Below, piece by piece: positions 55,387 through 64,000 of a DNA stretch of 64,000 nucleotides (its first letter is position 1; every line of letters starts with the position of its first letter). The DNA is from Gammaproteobacteria bacterium (GTDB lineage: Bacteria > Pseudomonadota > Gammaproteobacteria > Natronospirales > DASSBR01): NCBI GenBank assembly GCA_035701285.1, contig DASSNT010000015.1, positions 4,969-68,968 of the forward strand. Direction: 5' to 3'. Below the pieces are notes generated by a model that was not told the DNA's origin, searched no databases, and worked only from the letters and a program-made list of their open reading frames with translations. Both the position numbers and the translations under genes were made by a program.

Positions 55387-55476
55387 GCATTGTCTGCGCG
55401 CTGCGGCTGGACAGCAGCCATCGCCGGTGCAAGCATAGAGATTCAATGTTACTCATATTTCGCAAGGAGGCGAATC

Positions 55477-56082
55477 ATGGCGCACATACTGGTACTGTAC
55501 TACAGCATGTACGGCCACATCGAGCGAATGGCGCAGGAAGCGGCGGCCGGCGCGCGCGAGGTGCCGGATACGGAAGTGACGATCAAGCGGGTGCCGGAGC
55601 TGATTCCGGAAGACGTGGCGAAGAAAGCCGGCGTGAAGCTTGATCAGGAAGCACCGGTCGCCGAACCGGGCGAACTGGGTGACTACGATGGCATCATGTT
55701 CGGCACGCCGACGCGCTACGGCAACATGTGCGGCCAGATGCGCAACTTCCTCGACCAGACCGGGCCGCTGTGGCAGACGGGCGTGCTGACGGGGCGTGCC
55801 GCAAGCGTTTTTGCCAGCACCAACACCCAGCACGGCGGGCAGGAGACGACAATTACGTCGTTTCATACCACGCTGTTTCATCTGGGGTTCGTCGTTATCG
55901 GCTGCCCGTACACGTGCTCGGGCATCAGCGAATCCGGCGAGATCAGCGGCGGCTCACCGTACGGCGCAACCACGATCGCCGGCGCGGACGGCAGCCGCCA
56001 GCCGAGCGACAACGAGCTGGGCGTGATGCGCTTCCAGGCTCGTCACATGGCCCAGATTACTCACAAACTCTGTCGGGAGTAG
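55477..56082 (+). CDS. wrbA: NAD(P)H:quinone oxidoreductase WrbA (flavodoxin-like)
   Basis: Begins [19 protein letters not shown]. Also contains [10 protein letters not shown] and the QHGGQETT motif. AGGAGG lies upstream. Confidence 0.9.
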   Translation: MAHILVLYYSMYGHIERMAQEAAAGAREVPDTEVTIKRVPELIPEDVAKKAGVKLDQEAPVAEPGELGDYDGIMFGTPTRYGNMCGQMRNFLDQTGPLWQTGVLTGRAASVFASTNTQHGGQETTITSFHTTLFHLGFVVIGCPYTCSGISESGEISGGSPYGATTIAGADGSRQPSDNELGVMRFQARHMAQITHKLCRE

Positions 56083-56084
56083 CA

Positions 56085-57047
56085 ATGGGATTACTCGTCG
56101 AGGGCGAATGGCATACCGACTGGTACGACACCGAAAAGAGCGGCGGCCGTTTTGTGCGGCCGGACGCGGGGTTTCGTAATCGCATTGAACCCGATCCCAA
56201 TGCGGAGTTTCCGGCCGTGGCCGGACGTTATCACCTGTATGTGTCGCTGGCCTGCCCGTGGGCGCACCGCACGCTGATATTCCGCAAGCTCAAGGGGCTC
56301 GAATCGATGATCGGGCTGTCGATTGTCGATCCGTTCATGGGCGACGACGGCTGGTTCTTTTCGGAGGGTCCCGGCTGCATTCCGGACACGGTCAACGGCT
56401 TTCAGTTCCTGCGCCAGTTGTACACGAAGGCGAAGCCCGGCTACACCGGCCGCGTCAGCGTGCCGACGCTGTGGGACAAGGAAAAACAGACCATCGTCAA
56501 TAACGAGTCGTCCGAGATCATCCGGATATTCAACAGCGCGTTCGACGGCATTGGTGCGGCAGAGGGCGATTATTATCCGGAAGCCCTGCGCACGGAGATC
56601 GACGCGATCAACGAAACGGTCTACAACAACGTCAACAACGGCGTCTACAAGGCCGGCTTTGCAACGACGCAAGGCGCCTACGAAGAGGCGGCGAATGCGT
56701 TATTCGTTACGCTCGATGAGCTTGAAGCCTTGCTTGACCGGCAGCGTTACCTGGTTGGCGGCGCGATTACCGAGGCTGACTGGCGGCTGCTGACGACACT
56801 GTTCCGGTTCGACAGCGTCTACTACAGCCACTTCAAATGCAACACGCGTCAGCTTCGCGACTACCCGAACCTGTGGAATTACTGTCGCGAACTGTACCAG
56901 GTGCCGGGCGTGGCCGAGACGGTGAATCTCGACCACATCAAGCAGCACTATTACCGCAGCCAGCCGACGATCAACCCGACGCGGATCGTGCCGATAGGGC
57001 CGGAAATCGATTTTTCCACGCCGCACGACCGCGCGGAGAAATTCTAG
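56085..57047 (+). CDS. yqjG: Glutathionyl-hydroquinone reductase (Xi-class GST, YqjG family)
   Basis: Has GRYHLYVSLACPWAHRT (CPWA active site) and the YqjG-like VPTLWDK and NNGVYK.GFA motifs. Confidence 0.88.
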   Translation: MGLLVEGEWHTDWYDTEKSGGRFVRPDAGFRNRIEPDPNAEFPAVAGRYHLYVSLACPWAHRTLIFRKLKGLESMIGLSIVDPFMGDDGWFFSEGPGCIPDTVNGFQFLRQLYTKAKPGYTGRVSVPTLWDKEKQTIVNNESSEIIRIFNSAFDGIGAAEGDYYPEALRTEIDAINETVYNNVNNGVYKAGFATTQGAYEEAANALFVTLDELEALLDRQRYLVGGAITEADWRLLTTLFRFDSVYYSHFKCNTRQLRDYPNLWNYCRELYQVPGVAETVNLDHIKQHYYRSQPTINPTRIVPIGPEIDFSTPHDRAEKF

Positions 57048-57880
57048 CCGGCGGCCAGTTCGACACTGGCCTCCCACAGTCGCGCTTGCGCGTCGCGATC
57101 CAGCGACGCCTCGGACGTGGCAACGTTGCCATCGCGGCCGATGCACACGCCGCTGACGCCATCGTACTCGGCTGAATCAGCGGCTTTGACCACCGTTTCC
57201 GCCGCATGCTCCGGCGTGCTCAACAGCAGCGGTCGAAGCAGTTTCACGTAAAACGGCGTTGCCGGCGAGTCGCTGAGGGCGGTGCGGAAGTAGCCGGGGT
57301 CTACGCAGGTCGCCGTTACGCCGGTACCCTCCAGCCGGCGCGCCAATTCATAGGTAAACATTGTCAGCGCCAGCTTGGACCGCACAAATGCGCCGTAAAA
57401 CGGCTCATAGTCGTTCCGGCTTTGCAGATCGTCGAAATCGATCCGGTCGGCGCGCTGGTGTGTGCGGGACGTAATGTTCAGGATGCGCGCGGGCGCGCTC
57501 GCCGTCAGCCGGTCCAGCAGCCGCTGCGTGAGCATGAACGGCGCCAGGTAGTTCACCATGAAGGTGGCTTCGAGGCCGTCGTGCGTGATGCGGCGCGTTT
57601 GCAGCAGCGTCGCGGCATTATTGATCAATACGTCCAGCCGATCGAATTTGTCCAGGACGACGTCGGCGGCTCGATTCACGTAGTCTCGCGACGATAGCGG
57701 ACACGCTACCGCTTCGATAGCATCGTTGCCGGATGCGGCGCGAATTTCATCGACAACCCTCTCGCAACGCCGCTCGGTGCGCCCGCCGACGATCACGCGA
57801 TAGCCGAGCCGCGCCATTTCATGCGCAGTCGCCAGGCCGAGGCCGGACGTGGCCCCGGTAATCAATACCGTCTTCTTCAT
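57044..57880 (-). CDS. Short-chain dehydrogenase/reductase (SDR) family oxidoreductase
   Basis: Has TGATSGLG (TGxxxGxG), NNA, and Y...K (YGAFVRSK). Its stop overlaps the yqjG stop on the opposite strand (CTAG). Confidence 0.85.
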   Translation of the reverse strand: MKKTVLITGATSGLGLATAHEMARLGYRVIVGGRTERRCERVVDEIRAASGNDAIEAVACPLSSRDYVNRAADVVLDKFDRLDVLINNAATLLQTRRITHDGLEATFMVNYLAPFMLTQRLLDRLTASAPARILNITSRTHQRADRIDFDDLQSRNDYEPFYGAFVRSKLALTMFTYELARRLEGTGVTATCVDPGYFRTALSDSPATPFYVKLLRPLLLSTPEHAAETVVKAADSAEYDGVSGVCIGRDGNVATSEASLDRDAQARLWEASVELAAG

Positions 57881-57983
57881 GTGTTATTCGAGTGGAGGCT
57901 GAGGGTCCATTATACCGTCAGCTTGGACTTCCGCCGATGCTCGCGTCACAATGAAAAGCTTGCAATTTCCACAAGGTTTGACG

Positions 57984-59684
57984 ATGACGAAGATTTTCCA
58001 TTCGTTCGTACTCGCTGTGCTGGTCGTGACGGCCGCGCCGTTGGCCGTGGCGCGCGACGTTGCCCGGCCGGTGGTGGCGCAGCATGGCATGGTGGTCACC
58101 GCACAGCACCTGGCCACCCAGGTCGGCGTCGACATCCTGAAGCACGGCGGCAACGCGGTCGATGCGGCAGTCGCGGTCGGCTACGCGCTTGCGGTCGTGC
58201 ATCCGTGCTGCGGCAATATCGGCGGCGGAGGGTTCATGCTGATCCGGCTGGCCAGCGGCAAGACGGTGTTCCTGAACTTTCGCGAGAAGGCGCCGCTCGC
58301 CGCGTCTGCCGATATGTACCTGGACGAAAACGGACACGTCATCGGCGATTTGAGCACCCAAAGCTGGCTTGCGATCGGCGTTCCCGGCACCGTGATGGGC
58401 CTCAACACCGCGCTGGCGAAGTACGGCACGATGAGCCTGAAAGAGGTGATGGCGCCGGCGATCCGGCTCGCTACGAAAGGCTTCATTCTCGCGCCCGGCG
58501 ACGTCCGGATATTGCACACGCGCACGAAGGTGTTTGCCGCGCAACCTGACGTCGCGGCCATTTTTCTCAATGACGGCAAGCCCTACCAGGTCGGCGATCG
58601 GCTGGTGCAGCAACAGCTCGGTGAAACGCTCGAACTTATCGCCAAGCAGGGCACCAAGGCGTTTTACGAAGGCCCGATCGCGGGCGCGCTGGTCAAGGCC
58701 AGCCGAGCCCACGGCGGGCTGCTGACCCGGAAGGACTTCGAGCAGTACACGGTGGAGTGGGAAGATCCGATTCACTGCGACTACCGCGGCTATGACGTGT
58801 TTTCGTCGCCGCCGCCCAGCTCCGGTGGCACGACCATGTGCGAAATACTGAATATCGTGAGCGGCTACCCGCTGCCCAGGTTCGGGTTTCAGTCGGTCGA
58901 TTCGGTGCATTACCTGGTCGAGGCAATGCGTTATGCCTACGCCGACCGCAACACCAAGCTCGGCGATCCGGCTTTCGTGCACAACCCGATCGACAAGCTG
59001 CTGTCGGCGGAGCATGCCCACGCCATTCGCGCACAGATCGACCCGCGCAAGCCGACGCCGTCGAGCACGCTGAACGGCGGCCTCGGTCTGCCCGAAGGCG
59101 ACGACACGACACACTACTCGGTGGTCGACAAGGCCGGTAACGCCGTCGCAGTCACCTACACGATCAACTGGTACTTCGGCAGCGGCCATATCGCCGGCGA
59201 CACCGGCTTCTTCCTGAACAACGAAATGGACGACTTCACGTCCAAGCCGGGTGTCCCCAACAGCTTCGGCCTGGTGCAGGGCGAAGCGAACTCCGTTGCG
59301 CCCGGCAAGCGGCCGCTGAGTTCGATGACGCCGACGATCGTCACGCACGACGGAGATCTGTTCATGGTCACCGGCAGCCCCGGCGGTTCGCGGATTATCA
59401 CGATTACGCTGGAAAGCATCCTGAACGTGATCGACTACGGCATGAATGTTCAGCAGGCCATCAATGCGCCGCGTATTCATCAGCAATGGCTGCCGGACCA
59501 GGTGCTGCTGGAGCCGGGCGCGCTCGAGCCGGCCGTGCGCGAGACGCTGGAACAGCGAGGCTACACGTTCAAGCGGCACAACCCCTGGGGCGCCGCGGAA
59601 GCCATCCTGGTCGATCCGAAAACCGGCCTCCTGCGTGGTGCCAGCGATCCGCGGGAACCCGCCGGTTCGGCGGCGGGGTATTGA
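57984..59684 (+). CDS. ggt: Gamma-glutamyltransferase
   Basis: Has a signal peptide from MTKIFHSFVLAVLVV, the autoprocessing and nucleophile site DDTTHYSVVD, and GSPGGSRII. Confidence 0.93.
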   Translation: MTKIFHSFVLAVLVVTAAPLAVARDVARPVVAQHGMVVTAQHLATQVGVDILKHGGNAVDAAVAVGYALAVVHPCCGNIGGGGFMLIRLASGKTVFLNFREKAPLAASADMYLDENGHVIGDLSTQSWLAIGVPGTVMGLNTALAKYGTMSLKEVMAPAIRLATKGFILAPGDVRILHTRTKVFAAQPDVAAIFLNDGKPYQVGDRLVQQQLGETLELIAKQGTKAFYEGPIAGALVKASRAHGGLLTRKDFEQYTVEWEDPIHCDYRGYDVFSSPPPSSGGTTMCEILNIVSGYPLPRFGFQSVDSVHYLVEAMRYAYADRNTKLGDPAFVHNPIDKLLSAEHAHAIRAQIDPRKPTPSSTLNGGLGLPEGDDTTHYSVVDKAGNAVAVTYTINWYFGSGHIAGDTGFFLNNEMDDFTSKPGVPNSFGLVQGEANSVAPGKRPLSSMTPTIVTHDGDLFMVTGSPGGSRIITITLESILNVIDYGMNVQQAINAPRIHQQWLPDQVLLEPGALEPAVRETLEQRGYTFKRHNPWGAAEAILVDPKTGLLRGASDPREPAGSAAGY

Positions 59685-59723
59685 TATTCCCGTTACAATG
59701 GAACAGGGAAAGGAGAACGGCCC

Positions 59724-60455
59724 ATGGACAGGAACACCATAAAGGCGGAGTGGCTGCCGATTGATGCCGGGCTGCGGGCGTGGTATGCCGCGCCGAGCGG
59801 TGGCGGCCCTTACCCGGTCGTGTTGTGCTTCATCGAGGCCTTCGGCGTCACCGATCATTTCCGCAATGTCGCCGAGCGCTTTGCCGAAGCCGGTTTCTGC
59901 GCTGTCGTGCCGGATATCTACCACGGCGACGTATTTGCGTACGACGATCTGGACAGCGCGCTCGGCAGGATCCGCTCGCTGGACGAAAAGCAGGTCATGT
60001 CGGAAGCGGCCGCCACCCTCGACACGGTCGCCCGGCGGCCCGAGTGCGACGAGAACAGCACGATGCTGGTCGGTTTCTGCCTTGGCGGACGCCTGGCGTT
60101 TCGGGGCCATGCGGTGCTGGCTGACCGGGTCGCTGCCAGCGCATGCTTCTATGGCGGCGGCATTGCCCCGCGGCAGGACCGCTTCGGCCGAGAGGCGTTG
60201 CTCGGGCATATAAAACGGATGCGCGCGCCGCTGTTGTTGTTGTACGGCGCGCAGGACCAGTCGATCCAGCCGGATGAGCATGGCCGGATTGCGGAGGCGC
60301 TCAGTGGCGCCGGGTTGCGCTACGGCCTGCATGTCTTTCCGGATGCCGGGCACGCGTTTTTCTGCGACGAACGCCAGAATTACAATGCTGCAGTCGCCGG
60401 TGAAGCGTGGACGCTGATGCTCGATTTTTTCCGTCGGCAGTCAGTGAAGGCGTAG
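59724..60455 (+). CDS. Dienelactone hydrolase family protein
   Basis: Alpha/beta hydrolase with GFCLGG nucleophile context and a C-terminal DAGHAF motif. Confidence 0.85.
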   Translation: MDRNTIKAEWLPIDAGLRAWYAAPSGGGPYPVVLCFIEAFGVTDHFRNVAERFAEAGFCAVVPDIYHGDVFAYDDLDSALGRIRSLDEKQVMSEAAATLDTVARRPECDENSTMLVGFCLGGRLAFRGHAVLADRVAASACFYGGGIAPRQDRFGREALLGHIKRMRAPLLLLYGAQDQSIQPDEHGRIAEALSGAGLRYGLHVFPDAGHAFFCDERQNYNAAVAGEAWTLMLDFFRRQSVKA

Positions 60456-60458
60456 CTT

Positions 60459-61487
60459 GTGGGGGCCACGTATGTCTTTGTCGGCGTCGCCTTTATTATC
60501 GGCCTGCTGTGCGCCAGCATCTATCACCGCATTCGGCAGCGTTTCAAGCAGCGCGCCAATCCACAATCGGCGCAGACGCTGACGGCGCTTATCGGCCGGC
60601 TGGACCGCATTCAGCAGCCGGACGACCTGGGCGCGGCGTTGCTCGAGGAGTTGGGCGAACGGCTTCATTGCAAGGCGCTGGCGCTGTACCTGCGAGACGA
60701 CGTGGAGTTTCGCTTGCGCGCAACGCGCGGGTTCGAGCCAGAGGACGCGGAAACGTTGCGCCAGCAACTGGACGCCGACGCCGCACTGGCCGCACCATCG
60801 CAGACGGCGCGCGTCGTTCGGCTGAAGGATGGCGCGGCGAGTTATGCGCTTGTCGCCATCACCGATCACCGCCAGACGGCGGTCGTGGCGCTGCACCCGC
60901 CGAAGGTGATTTCCCGGGACGCGGCGAAGCGACTGGTCGAAGCGGCGGCAGGATACGCGCTCGCGCGGCTTGAAGCGATGCGTCTCGGCGACGCGCTCAA
61001 GGAAGCGGCCACTCAGGACGCAGTGACGCGGTTGCACAATCAGCGTTACTTCCTGGAGTTGTTCGAGCTGGAGTACAACCGCAGCCTGCGGTACCAGCGT
61101 TCGCTCGCCGTGCTGCTGTGCGGCGTCGACGGGCTCGCGACGGTGAACACGCGTGAAGGCAGCGAAGCCGGCGACGCGGTCCTGCGCCAGGTGGCGAATG
61201 CGTTTCGCGGCAGCCTGCGCTATTTCGATGTCGTTGGGCGCTACGAAGCCGACACGCTGGCCGTGCTGCTGCCGGAAGCCGATCGCGTCGTAGCCGCCCG
61301 GGTCGCAGAACGGCTGTTGCACGCTTCCGGTGCGGAAACCGGCATCGATAATCTGGCCATGAACATCGGCGTAGCCTGTAACGGTGATCCCGGGGCCGAC
61401 TTCATGACGATGTTGCACGCCGCGAGTGACGCACTGCGCAATGCGCGCGAAGGGAGCGGCAACCGCGTCTGTATGAGTCCGGACTGA
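60459..61487 (+). CDS. Membrane-anchored GGDEF-domain protein with a degenerate active site (RYEADTL in place of RYGGDEF)
   Basis: Has an N-terminal TM (VFVGVAFIIGLLCASIY) and a GAF-like middle region. The GGDEF fold is present (D.VT.LHN.RYF...GDAVLRQVA...DVVGRYEADTLAVLL). The start codon is uncertain (GTG at 60459). Confidence 0.7.
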   Translation: MGATYVFVGVAFIIGLLCASIYHRIRQRFKQRANPQSAQTLTALIGRLDRIQQPDDLGAALLEELGERLHCKALALYLRDDVEFRLRATRGFEPEDAETLRQQLDADAALAAPSQTARVVRLKDGAASYALVAITDHRQTAVVALHPPKVISRDAAKRLVEAAAGYALARLEAMRLGDALKEAATQDAVTRLHNQRYFLELFELEYNRSLRYQRSLAVLLCGVDGLATVNTREGSEAGDAVLRQVANAFRGSLRYFDVVGRYEADTLAVLLPEADRVVAARVAERLLHASGAETGIDNLAMNIGVACNGDPGADFMTMLHAASDALRNAREGSGNRVCMSPD

Positions 61488-61511
61488 CGATTGTTGATAA
61501 GGATATGACTT

Positions 61512-63275
61512 ATGTGCGGTATTGCAGGAGCAATCCGTTTTGACGACCGCGCCGCGGATTTCAGCGGGCTGACTAACACAGTCGCGGCGATGCGCCGCCG
61601 CGGACCTGACGGCGACGGTCTGGTCGCGCATGGGCCGGTGGCATTCGGCCATCGGCGCCTCAAGATCATCGATCTTTCCGAGCGCGGCGCGCAGCCGATG
61701 GTGGACAGCGAACTCGGGCTGACGCTGGCCTTCAACGGTTGCATCTACAACCACCGGGAGCTGCGCCGCGAACTCGAAGACAAGGGCTACCATTTCTTTT
61801 CGTCCAGCGACACCGAAGTCATCCTGAAGGGCTACCACGCCTGGGGCGAGGATTGCGTCAAACGCTTCAACGGCATGTTCGCGTTTGCGGTCGCCGAGCG
61901 CGACAGCGGCCGCGTGATACTCGCCCGCGACCGGCTGGGCATCAAGCCACTGTATTACCACGCGGACGACCATGCGTTCCTGTTCGCTTCTTCGCTGCCT
62001 GCGCTGCTCGCCGGCGGTGTCAGCGATCACGCCGTCGATCCGGTCGCATTGCATCACTACATGACATTTCACTCGGTCGTGCCGGCGCCGCACACGATCC
62101 TGAGGTCGGTGCGCAAGCTGCCGCCGGCGACCGTCATGGTGATTCAGCCGGACGGTCGCCGCCATGAACGGCGCTATTGGGAACTCGATTATGCCGCTGA
62201 CGAGTCCGTGTCATTCGACGAATGGCAGGACGTGCTGCTTAAGGCGCTGCGTTCGGCGGTGCAGCGGCGGCTGGTGGCGGATGTGCCGGTCGGCGTGCTG
62301 TTATCCGGCGGCCTCGATTCAAGCCTGATCGTCGGCCTTCTGGCCGAGGCGGGACAAACCGGCCTGGAAACGTTTTCCGTCGGTTTCGAAAGCGTTGGAC
62401 GGGAAAAGGGCGACGAATTTCAGTATTCGGACGTCGTCGCCGAACGTTTCGAGACGCGCCATCACAAGCTGTTCGTCGATTCGAACGAACTGCTGCCCGC
62501 GCTCGCCGATTGCGTGGCGGCCATGTCCGAACCGATGGTCAGTCACGACGTGATCGGCTTTTACCTGCTGTCGCGCGAGGTGGCGAAACACGTCAAGGTG
62601 GTGCAGAGCGGGCAGGGCGCGGACGAAGTCTTCGGCGGTTATCACTGGTACCCGCCGATGGTCGGCAGCCGCCATCCCGTTGCCGATTATGCCCGGGTGT
62701 TTTTCGACCGCGACCATTCCGAATTTGCCGAGGCAGTCATGCCGGAGCTGGTCGGCGACGATTACAGCCGGCGCTTCGTTCACGACCACTTCGCCATGCC
62801 GGGCGCCAGCCGTGCTATCGACAAGGCGCTGCGCCTCGACACGACGATCATGCTGGTCGACGATCCGGTCAAGCGCGTCGATAACATGACGATGGCGTGG
62901 GGGCTGGAAGCGCGGGTGCCGTTTCTGGACCACGAGCTGGTGGAACTGGCCGCCCGTATCCCGGCGGAATTCAAGGCCAGCAATGGCGGCAAGCACGTGC
63001 TGAAGGAAACCGCGCGCCGGGTGATTCCGGCGGCCGTGATTGACCGGCCCAAGGGCTACTTTCCGGTGCCGGCGCTCAAGTACCTGCGCGGCCCGTATCT
63101 GGAGTTCGTGCGAGACGTGCTCGGCAGCGAGGCGGCGCGCACGCGCGGCGTCTTCCGGCCGGACTACGTCGAGCGCCTGTTGCAGGAGCCGGAAGAGCAC
63201 ATCACGCCGTTGCGCGGTTCCAAGCTCTGGCAAGTGGCATTATTGGAGTACTGGTTCCAGACGCATCTGCAGTAG
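61512..63275 (+). CDS. asnO: Glutamine-hydrolysing asparagine synthase family amidotransferase, probably the NAGGN amidotransferase AsnO
   Basis: Has the MCGIAG Ntn nucleophile and the SGGLDSS PP-loop. It lies directly upstream of an Ngg-like gene. Confidence 0.8.
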   Translation: MCGIAGAIRFDDRAADFSGLTNTVAAMRRRGPDGDGLVAHGPVAFGHRRLKIIDLSERGAQPMVDSELGLTLAFNGCIYNHRELRRELEDKGYHFFSSSDTEVILKGYHAWGEDCVKRFNGMFAFAVAERDSGRVILARDRLGIKPLYYHADDHAFLFASSLPALLAGGVSDHAVDPVALHHYMTFHSVVPAPHTILRSVRKLPPATVMVIQPDGRRHERRYWELDYAADESVSFDEWQDVLLKALRSAVQRRLVADVPVGVLLSGGLDSSLIVGLLAEAGQTGLETFSVGFESVGREKGDEFQYSDVVAERFETRHHKLFVDSNELLPALADCVAAMSEPMVSHDVIGFYLLSREVAKHVKVVQSGQGADEVFGGYHWYPPMVGSRHPVADYARVFFDRDHSEFAEAVMPELVGDDYSRRFVHDHFAMPGASRAIDKALRLDTTIMLVDDPVKRVDNMTMAWGLEARVPFLDHELVELAARIPAEFKASNGGKHVLKETARRVIPAAVIDRPKGYFPVPALKYLRGPYLEFVRDVLGSEAARTRGVFRPDYVERLLQEPEEHITPLRGSKLWQVALLEYWFQTHLQ

Positions 63276-63300
63276 CTATTGCAGATCAGGATGAATTGTC

Positions 63301-64000
63301 ATGGCTGACAGAAACCGACTGCACCACCGCGTCGAGCGCCAGAGCGCGCCGTCGCTGAAGACCTGGCATGAAGGTGGCGACCAGACGACGCAGGAGAAGT
63401 TGCCGCATAACGTCGTGCTGAACTGCGGCTGGGGCCGGCTGATTTTCGGCCATACGTTCGACGATGCGCAGTTGCTGGCCGACACGCTTGAAGACGAATC
63501 GCCGCATTGCCGCGACATAGCGCTATACATCCAGGACCCGCACGTCGTGTTGTCGGTTGCGCCGCAGCGGCTGTTTCTCGATCCGTCGCACACGTTTCGC
63601 CTGTGGATGCACAATTACCGGCCGGCACGCGTACGCCCGCGTGGTTTCAACGTCCGCCGGTTGCGTACGCGCGGCGATGCCGAGGCTGTCAACCAGATTT
63701 ACCGCAAGCGCAGCATGGTCGAGGTCGATCCGGATTTTGTCTGGCGTCATCGCAAGGTACGCAACCTGACGTATCTCGTCGCCGAAGACGACTGCGACGG
63801 CCGGATTATCGGCACCGTTACCGGGGTCGATCACGCACACGCATTCGACGATCCGGAAAACGGCTCCAGCCTCTGGTGCCTGGCGGTCGACCCGCAGGCC
63901 AGGTACCCGGGCGTCGGTGAAGCGCTCGTGACGCATCTCGCCGATCACTACCATGCGCGCGGCCGCGCGTTCATGGACCTGTCCGTGATGCATGACAACG
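63301..64000 (+). CDS. ngg: N-acetylglutaminylglutamine synthetase-like protein (GNAT N-terminal part); 3' end lies outside the window
   Basis: This frame is not in the ORF track because it has no stop in the window. I translated it manually from the ATG at 63301 and it is open to 64000 (MADRNRLHHRVE...NCGWGRLIFGHTF...RRLRTRGDAEAVNQIY...CLAVDPQARYPGVGEALV). The GNAT-like motif and the pairing with asnO suggest Ngg. Confidence 0.65.
   Translation, partial: MADRNRLHHRVERQSAPSLKTWHEGGDQTTQEKLPHNVVLNCGWGRLIFGHTFDDAQLLADTLEDESPHCRDIALYIQDPHVVLSVAPQRLFLDPSHTFRLWMHNYRPARVRPRGFNVRRLRTRGDAEAVNQIYRKRSMVEVDPDFVWRHRKVRNLTYLVAEDDCDGRIIGTVTGVDHAHAFDDPENGSSLWCLAVDPQARYPGVGEALVTHLADHYHARGRAFMDLSVMHDN

Noticed and set aside
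57044-57047. CTAG overlap of the convergent yqjG and SDR stop codons
   Set aside because: The overlap is real, but it is a trivial consequence of a palindromic tetranucleotide containing TAG on both strands. No functional implication can be supported.
57918-60353. 811-aa ORF antisense to ggt and the dienelactone hydrolase gene
   Set aside because: It spans two independently well-supported sense genes and the intergenic gap between them. It has no motifs and is judged a high-GC artefact. The same reasoning applies to 31917..33707, 46177..47448, 24417..25403, 25597..26613, 60441..62165, 35158..36300 and 36364..37368.

Overview
This is a visibly GC-rich window (about mid-60s % by eye, not computed). 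It looks like core chromosome of a Gammaproteobacterium with Pseudomonas/Xanthomonas-like synteny. No database search was possible, so every call rests on motifs I recognise in the supplied translations, on gene order, and on repeats read directly from the DNA.

About 60 genes are supported. In order they are:
- ribBA(partial)-ribH-nusB-thiL-pgpA
- a Ser/Thr kinase fused to a cNMP-binding domain, convergent with an HWE histidine kinase and single-domain response regulator pair
- xseB-folE2
- a rubrerythrin / HdrD-GlpC-like Fe-S protein / DUF3501 module
- parE-atl-parC
- a FimX-like degenerate GGDEF-EAL protein
- the EF-P beta-lysylation module epmB-efp-epmA, then a GAF (fRMsr-like) gene
- a small lower-GC islet with a COG1373/DUF4143 ATPase
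- psd, prmB-aroC
- the classic block asd-fimV-truA-trpF-trpB-trpA-accD-folC-SPOR-cvpA-purF
- three tandem paralogous hybrid histidine kinases
- smr, surE-pcm-nlpD-rpoS, an Mth938-like gene, recJ
- a POT peptide transporter and a secreted hypothetical protein
- wrbA-yqjG, an SDR, ggt, a dienelactone hydrolase, and a degenerate GGDEF protein
- asnO-ngg (ngg runs off the window)

No rRNA, tRNA, CRISPR array, IS element or prophage was seen.

The most interesting signals are:
1. The rubrerythrin/Fe-S/DUF3501 module, conserved-looking but functionally unassigned, with a palindrome-rich promoter.
2. A family of G-rich heptad arrays (GGGNTTC) sitting exactly after three stop codons. Two of them are translated as N-terminal extensions of the downstream genes atl and epmA.
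3. A 129-bp palindromic element with perfect 11-bp terminal inverted repeats, inserted in frame into folC.
4. A POT transporter carrying an internal duplicated helix hairpin with foreign-looking codon usage.
5. The tandem hybrid kinase triplet, which shares a promoter motif and a 45-nt identical tract.
6. A perfect 130-bp tandem duplication that begins inside the last codons of recJ.

The many long antisense ORFs in the track are treated as high-GC artefacts.
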